NCBI GenBank assembly: GCA_038245295.1
Contig: JBBRSP010000011.1
Span: 64,001 to 128,000, forward strand
Reading direction: 5' to 3'
DNA from: Candidatus Binatia bacterium
Lineage (GTDB): Bacteria > Desulfobacterota > Binatia > HRBIN30
Length of the DNA: 64,000 bases
This document shows, piece by piece, positions 8,804-18,830 of this stretch (position 1 is its first letter; each line of letters starts with the position of its first letter). The notes beneath the pieces are model-generated. The model saw only the letters and a list, made by a program, of their open reading frames with translations. It searched no databases and was not told the DNA's origin. The translations under genes and the position numbers were made by a program.

Positions 8804-11104
8804 TCAGCGCGCTGCTTCGACGCGCGCCGCGACGTATTTGTGCCAAGGCGTTCCGGCGATCCAGTCGCGATCCTCGGAGGCGGTCAGCTCGTTGGGCGCA
8901 ACCCCGGCCATGGCGCGCGGGCCGCCGTCGAGGGGGTAATCGATTCCGAGGCCGTTGGGCAGCGAGACGTGTCCGGGCTGCATCGTCGGTGAAACCTCGA
9001 CCTGCACTTCGACCGCGGCACGTTTGGTGGTGACACGGGCGCGCCCACCGTCGGAAATGCCCAGGCGCTCGGCGTCGGCCGGGTTGACGCGGAGGGCGCC
9101 GGCGGCGTCCTGTTTGCGCCAGGTCGGATCACGAAAGATGGTGTTGGCTGTGAAGGCGCGGCGCTCACCTGCTGAAAGAACGAACGGAAACTCGACGTTG
9201 GTGCCGGCTCTCCGTTCATTGGCTAGCTGCGATAACTCTTCGAGCATTTCCGGAACCACCAGGTTGATGCGGCCGCCCGGTGTGCGGATGCGGGCCCAGG
9301 AGTCTTCGTATTCGTCGACGGTAAACACCAACCCCGACGGACTGTTGATGATCGCTTCGAAGAGTTTCTCTCCGGGTTCGAAGCCTTCGCCGGTGAAGCC
9401 GGCGCGGCGCACCGACTCGGCGTTCTGCATGGCGCAAAGGTGTGCGGCGCCCCAAAGAGCCGCGGCCGCGGCGGCGCCGTCGGGAAGTGTTTCCCCGAGC
9501 GTGCGGTAGAGCACGACGGGCACGACCTTGGAGATGCGAGGGTTAGTCGCGTTCGCCGCGAAGAAGGCTTCCGCAAATGCCTGGCGTCCCTCTTTGAGCG
9601 CGGCGCGCAGCGGGGCCAGGTCCGCGTCGCCGAGTGCTCCGATGGCCTCGACCAGGCGGGCATGGATCTCCGGCTCCGGCAATGTCTGGGGCGGCGCGGC
9701 AAGGAACGGATGACGCAGATGGAAGACGTTCTTCGGGAAGTCGAAGTTGAAGAAGGTCGCTTCAAATTTCTCGAACTGCGACGGCGCCGGCAGAATATGG
9801 TGCGCCAGGCGCGCCGTTTCCGTCATCGCGACGTCGATCACGACCAGCGTGTCGAGCGCTTGCAGCGCCTGCCGCATGCGTTGGCTGTCGGCGAGGGAAT
9901 GGGCTGGGTTGCCGCTTTCGACGATCATGGCGCGATAGCGCTTCGGATGATCGGTGAGGATCTCCTCGGCGATGACATTGCACGGCACGAGTCCGGCGAT
10001 GATCCGTGCGCCGACGACCGGGCTGGTGCGGCTGTTTGGGGCCTGTTCGGGGCCGAGTTGATCAGCGCTCGTCGACTTTGCCAGATTGATGAGGCTCGTG
10101 AAGGCGTACTGCGTACCGGGCTTGCCGAAGTTGCCGGTGAGCATCCAAACAAGCTTCTCCAGGTAACTGGACAGAGTCGAGTGACGATTCATCTGGATGC
10201 CGAGGTCCTCGGCTACGGCGACGCTGCTCGCCGCGGCGATGCGGCGGGCGGTTTGGCGGACCAGGTCTTCCGCAACCCCGGAGAAGGCGCAGTACTCGGC
10301 CACCGGTACGGTTTGCAGGGTTGCCGCGACGTCGTCGAAGCCGTTGGTGTGCGTCGCCAGCCAATCGCCGGCGACGAGGTTCTCCTGTACGAGCACGGCG
10401 GCAAAGGCCGCCAGCAGCCAGGCGTCGCAGCCGGGTTTCACTTGTAGATGAATGTCGGCGAGCTCGGCGGTTTCGGTCCGACGCGGATCGATGACGATCA
10501 AGCAGCGGGCGGGATCCTTGGAGATCTCGCGCAAGGTATGACGGGCCCGCGGCAGGCCGTGAGAGTGCCAGGGATTCTTGCCGACGAACAGGGCGACCTC
10601 GGTATGTTCGAAGTCGCCGCGAACGTTGGTGCCCATCATGCGGCCGTTCACCCACATCTCGCCGGTTTTCTCCTGCGCCAGAGCGTTGGAGCGGTAGCGG
10701 CCGCCGAGAGCGCGGAAGGTCGAGTTGCCATAGCCACCGCCGAGGTGATTCCCCTGGCCGCCGCCGCCGAAGTAGAAGATCGATTCGCCGCCGAAGTTGT
10801 CGCGTACCGCCGTCAGGCGCGCGGCGACCTCACGAATCGCGGTGTCCCAATCGATCTCCTCGAAGGTGCCATCGGCTTTGCGGCGCAGCGGCGCGGTGAT
10901 GCGGTCCGGGCCGTTCTGGTAGTGGTCGAGGCGTAGCGCCTTGTTGCAGGTGTATCCTTGCGAGGCGGGATGGGCGCGGTCGCCGCGGATGCGCGTGAGA
11001 TGGCGGTTATCCGGTCCGCCGAGATCGACCTCGATGCCGCAGTTGCACTCACAGAGGATACAGGCAGTCTTGTGAAAGCCATCCTTCGTCGTCGGCTCGT
11101 TCAT
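8804..11104 (-). CDS. Molybdopterin (bis-MGD) oxidoreductase catalytic subunit, cytoplasmic
   Basis: N-terminal TACILCECNCG...C 4Fe-4S motif, VIDPRRTETA, C-terminal MopB-binding domain; AAGGAG SD before ATG 11104; no Tat signal. Confidence 0.9.
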   Translation of the reverse strand: MNEPTTKDGFHKTACILCECNCGIEVDLGGPDNRHLTRIRGDRAHPASQGYTCNKALRLDHYQNGPDRITAPLRRKADGTFEEIDWDTAIREVAARLTAVRDNFGGESIFYFGGGGQGNHLGGGYGNSTFRALGGRYRSNALAQEKTGEMWVNGRMMGTNVRGDFEHTEVALFVGKNPWHSHGLPRARHTLREISKDPARCLIVIDPRRTETAELADIHLQVKPGCDAWLLAAFAAVLVQENLVAGDWLATHTNGFDDVAATLQTVPVAEYCAFSGVAEDLVRQTARRIAAASSVAVAEDLGIQMNRHSTLSSYLEKLVWMLTGNFGKPGTQYAFTSLINLAKSTSADQLGPEQAPNSRTSPVVGARIIAGLVPCNVIAEEILTDHPKRYRAMIVESGNPAHSLADSQRMRQALQALDTLVVIDVAMTETARLAHHILPAPSQFEKFEATFFNFDFPKNVFHLRHPFLAAPPQTLPEPEIHARLVEAIGALGDADLAPLRAALKEGRQAFAEAFFAANATNPRISKVVPVVLYRTLGETLPDGAAAAAALWGAAHLCAMQNAESVRRAGFTGEGFEPGEKLFEAIINSPSGLVFTVDEYEDSWARIRTPGGRINLVVPEMLEELSQLANERRAGTNVEFPFVLSAGERRAFTANTIFRDPTWRKQDAAGALRVNPADAERLGISDGGRARVTTKRAAVEVQVEVSPTMQPGHVSLPNGLGIDYPLDGGPRAMAGVAPNELTASEDRDWIAGTPWHKYVAARVEAAR

Positions 11105-11192
11105 CGTGGTTGCTCCTTCCGCGGTCCGTTTCTTTACAGAACGCTTGCCTATCCGGGTGCGTTTCTTAAAGCAACTGGCTATAGAGAGATTC

Positions 11193-11711
11193 ATGCCGCG
11201 AACGTCATTCGCCAGTTGGCCCTGTTCGATTGCCCGGACCGTCGATTTGATGGGGGATGCGTGGAACGCGCTGGTCTTGCGCGAGATCCTGTACGGCGCA
11301 ATCCGTTTCGAGCCGATCCAGAAGAATCTCGGCATCGGACGCAACGTTCTCACGGATCGGCTACAGCGCCTAGTGCGCGAGGAAGTGTTGGAGCGCCGCA
11401 AGTATCAGGAGCATCCCGAGCGCTTCGAGTACCTTCTTACGGAGAAGGGGCGTGATTTCTCCCGTATTCTCCTGGCGATGATCGAATGGGGCGATCGTTG
11501 GCTGGATGGTGGACGTGGTGCACCGATCCACCTGCGTCATCGCGGTTGTGGACGCCTGACGCACGCCGAGGTCGTGTGCGCCGAATGTGGCAAGCCTTTG
11601 GAGGCGGACGACGTGCGGGCCGAGCTTGGTCCGGGCTTCCCGAGCAAGCTAGCGTCCCATCCGGTGGTGCAAGCGCGCTTTGGCAAGACGCGGCGGAAAC
11701 CCTCCGCCTAG
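11193..11711 (+). CDS. HxlR-family winged-helix transcriptional regulator
   Basis: CSIARTVDLMGDAW...RFEYLLTEKGRD...WGDRW; C-terminal H..CG...C..CG; divergent from the Mo-oxidoreductase. Confidence 0.9.
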   Translation: MPRTSFASWPCSIARTVDLMGDAWNALVLREILYGAIRFEPIQKNLGIGRNVLTDRLQRLVREEVLERRKYQEHPERFEYLLTEKGRDFSRILLAMIEWGDRWLDGGRGAPIHLRHRGCGRLTHAEVVCAECGKPLEADDVRAELGPGFPSKLASHPVVQARFGKTRRKPSA

Positions 11712-11770
11712 TTCGGGAACGTTGCGCACCGCAAGCCAAAGCTTGCGCTAGAAGGTAGGCGCAGGCTGAA

Positions 11771-11904
11771 GAGGCTGTCTCAAAACCTTGCGGAGCCGGC
11801 TTCGACAGGCTCAGCCTGAGCGGGTGCTCGGTTGATTTTCAAAGACATTTTGTCCGCTCGCCCTGAGCCCGTCGAAGGGTGAGCCTATGTTTTGAGACAG
11901 CCTC
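11771..11904. mobile_element. 134-bp MITE-like element inserted in a REP-like palindrome
   Basis: Terminal IRs GAGGCTGTCTCAAAAC / GTTTTGAGACAGCCTC; no transposase; flanked by the two arms of a CGCAGGC...GCCTGCG REP. Confidence 0.7.
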
Positions 11905-11962
11905 TTCAGCCTGCGGCCTGTGTTGCCGGCGCAGGTTCCGAGGCGGGTGGGCTGCAACCGCG

Positions 11963-12568
11963 TCAGAAGCGCAGCATTTCGAACGGCGTTACGCCGGGTG
12001 GCAGCGGTGGTTGTGCCAGCAGCGTTTCCAGCGCTTCACCGCTGCGATAACGCTCGACCAGCTCATCGGGATCGCCGATGACGCCGATGGGGTTATTGGC
12101 GAAGGTGCCGTTGCGCATCCAGGCGTTGGCGGCCTCGGCGTCGGCGAAGTTGTCGACTTGCAGCTCGACGCGACTGCCGTCCGGGTCCTTGTAATAGATC
12201 GACGTCGTCATGCCGTGGTTGATGCACCAGTAGGGCAGGATGTCGGCGGCCTTCAATCTCGTATAGGTGTACAACAAGTCGCCCAGGTCGGCGTGTGTGA
12301 AGGCGATGTGATCGGTGCCAGCTGCCATCGCGGGTTGGTCCTCGAGGCCGGGGACGTGCGCGATCGCGACGCGGTGGTGTTCGTTGTCGTAGGTCAGAAA
12401 CGCCAGCATCCCGTCGCCGTGGACGATGTGGGCTCCCAGGAACGTTTGGTACCACTCGAGCATCGCTTCGAAGCGCGACGTTCGGCGCACGATGTGGGCC
12501 AGCTGAACGGGTGCGACCGGGCCGCGCGATGGCGCCAACTTGGCGTTGCGATCTTCTGAATGGCTCAT
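11963..12568 (-). CDS. VOC/glyoxalase superfamily protein (BphC-like extradiol dioxygenase-related)
   Basis: LAHIV, AFLTYDNEHHRVA, DHIAFT, INHGMTTSIYYKDPDG..VELQVDN. Confidence 0.85.
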   Translation of the reverse strand: MSHSEDRNAKLAPSRGPVAPVQLAHIVRRTSRFEAMLEWYQTFLGAHIVHGDGMLAFLTYDNEHHRVAIAHVPGLEDQPAMAAGTDHIAFTHADLGDLLYTYTRLKAADILPYWCINHGMTTSIYYKDPDGSRVELQVDNFADAEAANAWMRNGTFANNPIGVIGDPDELVERYRSGEALETLLAQPPLPPGVTPFEMLRF

Positions 12569-13371
12569 GCTCTAGCCTCCTTGCCTTTTGTGAACTTGCG
12601 TGTTGGCGACGACGCCTGCGGCGCCGTCGCTACGGTTGAATCCAACAGGATGCGCTCCAGCGCCTCGGCGTGTGCCTCGACGAACTCCGCGCGGCGCGGG
12701 TCCTTCTTGCTCAGTCGTCGGACCTCGGGTGCCATGGCGAAGATGAGAGTCGCCGCGCCGATGAAGATGTAATGCAGGTGCAACGGGTCGAATTTGGGCA
12801 TCAGGCCGGCGGCCTGCGCGCGGCGGATGAGAGCCGTCGAAAAATCGTACAGCGGACGCGCGCACTCATCGACGATCCATTTCATGCGTGGGCCGTCGTG
12901 TTTTCCTTCCTGGACCATCAACTGATTCAACTCCGGGTGTGCCGCCGCGAAGCGGACGAAGTGTTTGATCATGGCGCGCACTTGCGTCGCGGTATCGACC
13001 CCGCCGAGGGCGGCGAGTTGGGCGCCGACCTGGCTCTCCACTTCGGTGAACAGCGAGCCAACGGCCGCCTTCCACAGCGCTTCCTTGCCGCCGAAGTGGT
13101 AGGCGATTAAGCCCTGGTTGACCCCGGCGGCGGCGGCGATGGCGCGCGTTGAGGCGCCCGCGTACCCGTGCGTTGCAAAGGCCTGCAGGGCGGCATCGAT
13201 GATCAGCCCGCGTGTCTCGGCGCTACGCGGTTGCGAATTGGTCGTCGGACGGCGGATGGGCCTGGCCGCGGCGTCTTTTCGACGCGGTGGTCCTGTGCGA
13301 GTCGTGCCGCTGCCTGATCGCTCGCGTCTCATGGGGGCAATCCTCACATTCCTCTCCGTCCGGGTTCTCAT
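12565..13371 (-). CDS. TetR/AcrR family transcriptional regulator (start uncertain)
   Basis: IIDAALQAFATHGYAGASTRAIAAAAGVNQGLIAYHFGGKEALW HTH; stop overlaps start of the VOC gene. Confidence 0.9.
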   Translation of the reverse strand: MRTRTERNVRIAPMRRERSGSGTTRTGPPRRKDAAARPIRRPTTNSQPRSAETRGLIIDAALQAFATHGYAGASTRAIAAAAGVNQGLIAYHFGGKEALWKAAVGSLFTEVESQVGAQLAALGGVDTATQVRAMIKHFVRFAAAHPELNQLMVQEGKHDGPRMKWIVDECARPLYDFSTALIRRAQAAGLMPKFDPLHLHYIFIGAATLIFAMAPEVRRLSKKDPRRAEFVEAHAEALERILLDSTVATAPQASSPTRKFTKGKEARA

Positions 13372-13394
13372 GCGTCGTTCGTTGTTCGCTGTGT

Positions 13395-13440
13395 TATTCG
13401 ATCGACTAGCAATGATGTCGTTTGTTAGTCAAGTGAGCAA
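13395..13440. promoter_or_regulatory. Two imperfect palindromes, candidate TetR operators
   Basis: TATTCGATCGACTA (13395-13408) and TTAGTCAAGTGAGCAA (13425-13440) in the AT-richer divergent region upstream of tetR. Confidence 0.4.
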
Positions 13441-13576
13441 TTTGGCGCGAGAGGGGCGGGTCTGACTATGCCTTCCTTAGCTTGATGGAGTTTGGCGGCT
13501 CGGTCCGGTTGAATCGTCCGGCAGCGCTTGTTCGGGCGCGCCTTGCTGGGCTAACAGGTCGGCGCGGAGGAACAGC

Positions 13577-15112
13577 ATGAAGAAGCCAGTCCGGCGGCCG
13601 CGCGGCGCCGCGCGTTTCGTTTTCGGCATCGTGGCGGCGTTGATGGTGTGTACGTTCGGATGCGGTGATGACGGTGAAGGTGGCAGTGTCAGCACCTCGA
13701 TGCGCGGCGCCACGGTGGCTCGACCCATGGTTGAAGGGCCGGTGACTGGTGGCAACGGCGTGCCATTCCTGGCGACCACCACCTTCGATCTGGCGCAGGT
13801 TGGTTATTCGCAGGCGGAGTACTTCATCTCCGGTCGTGCCAACGCCTACAAGAATGGCGCAGACGGCCTGCTGGGCGCCGACGGTAAGTGGACGATCAGC
13901 ACCGCCGACAGTGCCGCGTACAAGACGCGTATTGTTGTGTATCGGCCGATCGATGCGGCGAAGTTCAATGGAACGGTCGTGGTCGAGTGGTTGAACGTCA
14001 GCGGTGGCCTCGACGCGGCGGCCGACTGGATCCAGGCGCACGTCGAGTTGACCCGCGGCGGGTTTGCCTACGTCGCGGTGTCGGCGCAGTATTTGGGGGT
14101 TGAAGGTGGAACCTCGCTACTCGGGCTGCCCGCCATTCCGCTCAAGACGAACGACCCGGTGCGCTACGGATCCTTGACGCATCCGGGCGACAGTTTCTCC
14201 TACGACATCTATTCTCAGGCCGGACAGGCAATCCGTCGCCCCGTCGGAGTAGATCCGCTGGGAGGGTTGGCGATCAAGGCGGTGATTGCCGCGGGTGAGT
14301 CTCAGTCCGCATTCCGCATGGTGACATACATCAACGGCATTCACCCACTTGCCGATCTTTACGACGGGTTCCTCGTGCATAGTCGCGGCAACTTGCCGGC
14401 AGCGTTGTCGGAGACGCCGCAACCCCAGGTGGATGTCCCGGGAACGGCGATGATCCGCGATGACCTCAATGTTCCGGTACTCATGTTCGAGACCGAATCG
14501 GATTTGACTTTCCTGGGCTACCTGCCGTTGCGTCAGCCCGACAGCGAGCGCTTCCGCCTCTGGGAAGTGCCCGGTACCGCACACGCGGATACGTATACGA
14601 CGGTCACGGGAGGAACCGACCTCGGCAACTCACCGGATGCGGCCAACATCGTTCTGACGACCATGCCGGCGCTTGGCTTCACCTGTCGTAAGCCGATCAA
14701 TTCGGGCCCGCATCATTATGTGCTGAACGGCGCCGTCGCGGCCCTCAACCGTTGGGTGCGCAACGGCACGCCGCCGCCGACGGCGCCACGTGTGCAGGGA
14801 ATGGCCGGGCCGCCGATTCGTGTGGTACGCGACACCAACGGTAATGCGCGCGGCGGGATCCGCACGCCGCAGGTCGACGTTCCGATCGCCACCTTGTCCG
14901 GCGAGGGTCAAAGCGGTTCGATCTTCTGTGCCTTGTTCGGGACGACGGCGGTCTTCGATGATACCAAGCTGAAGACGTTGTACCCCGACCACGCGACCTA
15001 TGTGTCGCTTTACGGCGCGGCAACCGACAGCGCCGTACGGGCCGGTTTCCTTCTCCCCGAGGACGCGGCGTTGATGAAGGCGGCCGCGGCATCCTCGGAT
15101 GTGGGCAACTAG
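13577..15112 (+). CDS. Secreted or lipoprotein alpha/beta-hydrolase domain protein
   Basis: Signal with FGC lipobox-like site; FNGTVVVEWLNVSGG, GESQSA nucleophile elbow, VPGTAHAD, GNARGGIRTP. Confidence 0.8.
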   Translation: MKKPVRRPRGAARFVFGIVAALMVCTFGCGDDGEGGSVSTSMRGATVARPMVEGPVTGGNGVPFLATTTFDLAQVGYSQAEYFISGRANAYKNGADGLLGADGKWTISTADSAAYKTRIVVYRPIDAAKFNGTVVVEWLNVSGGLDAAADWIQAHVELTRGGFAYVAVSAQYLGVEGGTSLLGLPAIPLKTNDPVRYGSLTHPGDSFSYDIYSQAGQAIRRPVGVDPLGGLAIKAVIAAGESQSAFRMVTYINGIHPLADLYDGFLVHSRGNLPAALSETPQPQVDVPGTAMIRDDLNVPVLMFETESDLTFLGYLPLRQPDSERFRLWEVPGTAHADTYTTVTGGTDLGNSPDAANIVLTTMPALGFTCRKPINSGPHHYVLNGAVAALNRWVRNGTPPPTAPRVQGMAGPPIRVVRDTNGNARGGIRTPQVDVPIATLSGEGQSGSIFCALFGTTAVFDDTKLKTLYPDHATYVSLYGAATDSAVRAGFLLPEDAALMKAAAASSDVGN

Positions 15113-15130
15113 CGCGTATCGGCTGAGGCA

Positions 15131-15457
15131 TTACTCGAAGGAGCAGATATATTCGGCGATGCCAGTGTCGACGGCGATATCGAACGACGAGTTGCCCGGA
15201 ACCTTGAAGAAACTGCCGGCTCCGTAGGTGCTCCATTCGCCGCTGCCGGCGACGCGGACGCGACAGGTGCCGCTAGTAATGTCCATGCGTTCGGCGGCAC
15301 CGGTGTTGAATGTGAAGCTGCCGGTGTAGATGAGGCCAAGGGTTTTCTTGACGCCGCCGTCGAGCAGTACCGTGTGGCTGACGACTTTGCCGTCGAAGTA
15401 GACGTTGGCTTTGCAGTCGACGCTGACGTTCTCGAAGCGGGTTGGTTGATCCGACAT
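15131..15457 (-). CDS. ppnP: Pyrimidine/purine nucleoside phosphorylase (DUF1255/YaiE)
   Basis: KANVYFDGKVVSHT...KTLG...F.T...ERM...G.C.V...F.VPGNSSF...YICSF. Confidence 0.9.
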   Translation of the reverse strand: MSDQPTRFENVSVDCKANVYFDGKVVSHTVLLDGGVKKTLGLIYTGSFTFNTGAAERMDITSGTCRVRVAGSGEWSTYGAGSFFKVPGNSSFDIAVDTGIAEYICSFE

Positions 15458-15618
15458 TTTTTCGGTCTCCTATCTCGATCTAGAGTCGACGGCTCTTAGC
15501 AAAGGGCCGAAGCACGGAAAGTGGGCGCTCTGAGTGGTCAGACTTGGAGTTTTCGCGGCGATCGAGTAGACGTCGCGGGCATCGGCTCGGCATTTTCAGC
15601 GAAGCAGAGGAGACCCCC

Positions 15619-16278
15619 ATGAGCATTCGTGTCGTTTGTATTTCGCGCAGTATCGGCGCCGGCGGTGAGTTGGTTGGCCAGGCCATCGCGCCGCTGCTCG
15701 GATATCAGTACGTCGATGAACAGATCATCGAGAAGGCGGCGTCGCAGGCGCAGGTCGACCCGTCCCAGGTCGCGGCGACGGAGCAGCGCCAACCCCTGCT
15801 CCAACGCTTGCTCGATAAACTGGCGCTGGCCGCGGAAGTCGTTGGGCCGGTCGGTTGGGCCAGTGGTATTCCAATGGAAGTCATGATCCCCGTTGCGTCG
15901 GTGCAACGAGCCGTGCCCGACGACCTGCGGGCGATGATTCGTTACGCGATTCACGAGGTGGCGCGTCAGGGCCATGCGGTGATCGTCGCGCATGCGGCGT
16001 CGATGGCTCTGGCCGGAGTCGATGGTGTCTTGAGGGTTCTGGTCACCGCTTCTCCCGAAACCCGCGCGGCCCGTCTGGCGGAGGCCCAGGGCGCGACCCA
16101 AAAGGCCGCTGCCGAGGTTATTGCCACTTCCGATCGCGAGCGCCGCGATTACTTCCAGCGCTTCTACAACATCAAAGAAGAACTACCGACGCACTACGAT
16201 CTGGTCATCAATACGGACGTTCTGTCACCCGATGCGGCGGTGGAACTGATCCGTGTCGCGGCGCAGCACAGCGTCTGA
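15619..16278 (+). CDS. Cytidylate kinase-like family protein
   Basis: [13 protein letters not shown]-loop variant, [30 protein letters not shown] before ATG 15619. Confidence 0.85.
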   Translation: MSIRVVCISRSIGAGGELVGQAIAPLLGYQYVDEQIIEKAASQAQVDPSQVAATEQRQPLLQRLLDKLALAAEVVGPVGWASGIPMEVMIPVASVQRAVPDDLRAMIRYAIHEVARQGHAVIVAHAASMALAGVDGVLRVLVTASPETRAARLAEAQGATQKAAAEVIATSDRERRDYFQRFYNIKEELPTHYDLVINTDVLSPDAAVELIRVAAQHSV

Positions 16279-16343
16279 AGTCGACCGTTCAACATTCCCA
16301 GTGGCCGGATAGGGCTAACTTGTGGTGCTGGCGTGAATTTTCG

Positions 16344-16373
16344 TTGACTGCTGCAACACGGGGCTGGTACGGT
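16344..16373 (+). promoter_or_regulatory. Candidate sigma70 promoter for the surface-protein locus
   Basis: TTGACT-18 bp-TACGGT with TGG immediately before the -10. Confidence 0.4.
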
Positions 16374-16412
16374 CGCGTTGTTTCACGTTCTAGGATGAGG
16401 GGAGTTTCCAGC

Positions 16413-18713
16413 ATGCGGCATCATCTTGTTGTCTTCGGGGCGGTATTGGCGATTGCTTTATCTTCCTTGCAGGCCAATGCACTGACGATTCAGGAGTTCG
16501 CAAAGTGCCGCAAGGCCCTTGCGAATGGGACACGCGCTCTCGCGTTGAAAGTCATCATCGAGCAAGTAAAGTGTCACCAGAAACGCCTGCTGGGCACTGA
16601 CCCTGCCTACCCGCCGTCGCTCGACTGCAACACCATTACGTCTCTCCCCGTGAAAGCCCAAAACTCAATTTTGGCCAAAGAGCTGAAACTGACTACGTTG
16701 GCACAGAAGAAGTGTGACGCCGTACCCGATTTGTTGCCGGCATCGCAATTCGGTTACACGGTTTGTCTGGCATCGTCGCTGCCAGCGATGTTCCCCTGTC
16801 ACACGATACCGATCACCGCGAATTACAGCAGCGTTGCCGCCTGTTTGGCCTGCGAGGCCAAGGCCGATGCGACCTCGGCAACAATCGCGACGTACGGTGC
16901 TTTGCCCAATCCCCCGGTGCAAAGCGGCAAGACCCTTGCCTATAGCTGCCAGGACGGGATCGGTAAGAGTTATAAGGGCTATTTTGCGGCGCGCACCACG
17001 TTGGACCAGGCTTGCGAGTACAAGGTCGACCTTGGTACCCTCAATGGCGTCAACTGTCTTGCCTACGATCCGAAGTTGAAGATCGACAAGCAGCAGAACA
17101 AAGCGAACGACCGTATCGCGTTGGCCTGTAATGATGCGACGTTGGCGGCCCTGACGAGCTGCAGCTCGACTGAGGCCGGCGAGTTGGCTTGTTTCGACCA
17201 AGTTGCCAACGGGTTTACCGATTCGACGTTCTTCAACATCTACAACCCGCGTTCGCTCACCGCGACGCCGCTGCCCAGCTTTACCCCGACAGTCACGCCT
17301 ACACCCACCGTGACAGGGACCCCGACCGACACCGCGACGTCGACCGAGACGCCGACCGACACGTCGACACCGACGAGTACGGCGACACACACCCCGACCG
17401 TCACCCACACCTCGACGATCACTCAAACTTCGACCCGAACGCCAACAATCACGCGCACACCGACTGTGACGCGAACTGCCACACCGACCGACACCGGCAC
17501 ACCGACGGAGACACCGACGCCGACCGAGACAGAGATTCCCGGAGCGCCGACCCGAACACCGACCAACACGCCCACGGTAACGAGGACGGGAACGCCGACG
17601 CGGACACCGACGCCCACGGCGACGATTACCGATACACCGACGTCCACGGCGACGCCGACGCCGACATCGACCAGCACGTCGACAGGGACGCCGACGAGCA
17701 CCCCGACGAACACGTCGACCTCGACCGGAACACCTACGTCGACCTCGACCCCGACGGTGACCAATACAGCAACGATCACCGCGACGCCGACGCTGACGCC
17801 GTTGGCGAAGCTATGCACGCTTGGTGGCGGGTCAGCGAGTCAAGCGAGCATTCAATTTGACGCGAGCTACATCATCGTCAACATTGGACGTCCAACCTCG
17901 AATATCACTGGCAGCGTAGGTCTCGAGTTCTTCCCACAAGCGGTCGACGGGACGCGCGTCGTCAAGGTGCCCGGCTCCTCCGTCCATCTCAATCAGCTCG
18001 TCTTCAGCATTTCCGGCCTCGCCACGATCAACGCCTGTGTCTTGTCGCAGGTGGACGTCAACAATGTGCCGCTCGACGGATTCGGTACGATCGACTGCGA
18101 CGGCGGCGCACCAAACTACGACTATACGGTTGAGGTTGATCACAACACGTCGACAGCACCATCGACGCCTCCCGGTGGGTTCCCGCAAGACGCATCGTGC
18201 ACTCAAACCTTCATTGATCCGGTGACGGGTGGCACATCGTCGGCATGTCTGGAAGCCTCGGTGGCAACCTGCAATGCCAAGAATATCCACCTCGGAGTTT
18301 GCAACAGCGCGGTCCACACCACGTATGCTCAGCCGACACCGACACCACTACGTGCCTTCCCCCCCGGTGGTCTGACGATTCGTCTCCCGCTAGCCCTCAA
18401 GGTCCTCAGTAGTGGAACTTGTTCGAGTGGTGTCTTCGGCGCCACCGCTAACGTCGATGCCTTCCTGACCACGGGCCAAGCGCGTGGCATTGTCTACCAG
18501 TCGAATAACTCGACGAAGAAGATGGACGAGGGACAATCGGTCAAGGGCGGCACCGCGAAGACGCAAGTAACCGGAACTCCGCTCACGGCATTCTGCAGCA
18601 ATCCCACGGGCAGTACGCTCGCCGGATCGAAGATGGTGACGGCCTTCCCCGTGCTCGATCTCGATACAACCGCCGGTGATACGGTGGCGACGGTCGAGCT
18701 CACCTGCCAATAG
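16413..18713 (+). CDS. Large secreted protein: Cys-rich helical N-domain, about 180-aa Thr/Pro linker, Cys-containing beta-rich C-domain
   Basis: Sec signal [23 protein letters not shown] after GGAG; duplicated C(R/Q)xx(L/I)...C...C...C unit; TPT linker at about 17260-17800. Confidence 0.8.
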   Translation: MRHHLVVFGAVLAIALSSLQANALTIQEFAKCRKALANGTRALALKVIIEQVKCHQKRLLGTDPAYPPSLDCNTITSLPVKAQNSILAKELKLTTLAQKKCDAVPDLLPASQFGYTVCLASSLPAMFPCHTIPITANYSSVAACLACEAKADATSATIATYGALPNPPVQSGKTLAYSCQDGIGKSYKGYFAARTTLDQACEYKVDLGTLNGVNCLAYDPKLKIDKQQNKANDRIALACNDATLAALTSCSSTEAGELACFDQVANGFTDSTFFNIYNPRSLTATPLPSFTPTVTPTPTVTGTPTDTATSTETPTDTSTPTSTATHTPTVTHTSTITQTSTRTPTITRTPTVTRTATPTDTGTPTETPTPTETEIPGAPTRTPTNTPTVTRTGTPTRTPTPTATITDTPTSTATPTPTSTSTSTGTPTSTPTNTSTSTGTPTSTSTPTVTNTATITATPTLTPLAKLCTLGGGSASQASIQFDASYIIVNIGRPTSNITGSVGLEFFPQAVDGTRVVKVPGSSVHLNQLVFSISGLATINACVLSQVDVNNVPLDGFGTIDCDGGAPNYDYTVEVDHNTSTAPSTPPGGFPQDASCTQTFIDPVTGGTSSACLEASVATCNAKNIHLGVCNSAVHTTYAQPTPTPLRAFPPGGLTIRLPLALKVLSSGTCSSGVFGATANVDAFLTTGQARGIVYQSNNSTKKMDEGQSVKGGTAKTQVTGTPLTAFCSNPTGSTLAGSKMVTAFPVLDLDTTAGDTVATVELTCQ

Positions 18714-18737
18714 GCCGATAGACGGTCAGTGCTTCAG

Positions 18738-18776
18738 AAGACCGCGGCGCACATCAGTGCGCCGCGGTCTTTTTTT
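18738..18776 (+). terminator. Rho-independent terminator
   Basis: AAGACCGCGGCGCAC-ATCA-GTGCGCCGCGGTCTT followed by a T-run. Confidence 0.88.
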
Positions 18777-18830
18777 GTCTGGTGTTCAGGTAGCCGTGAT
18801 GGCATGAGGTGCCACGGAGGTGCGCCCGGA

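Noticed and set aside
918..16300. Genomic island or prophage integrated at tRNA-Lys
   Set aside because: No integrase or phage genes, no duplicated tRNA 3' end found by eye, and no evident compositional shift
15855..16412. N-terminal extension of the 952-aa ORF
   Set aside because: Overlaps the cytidylate kinase-like gene in another frame; SD and signal peptide place the start at 16413
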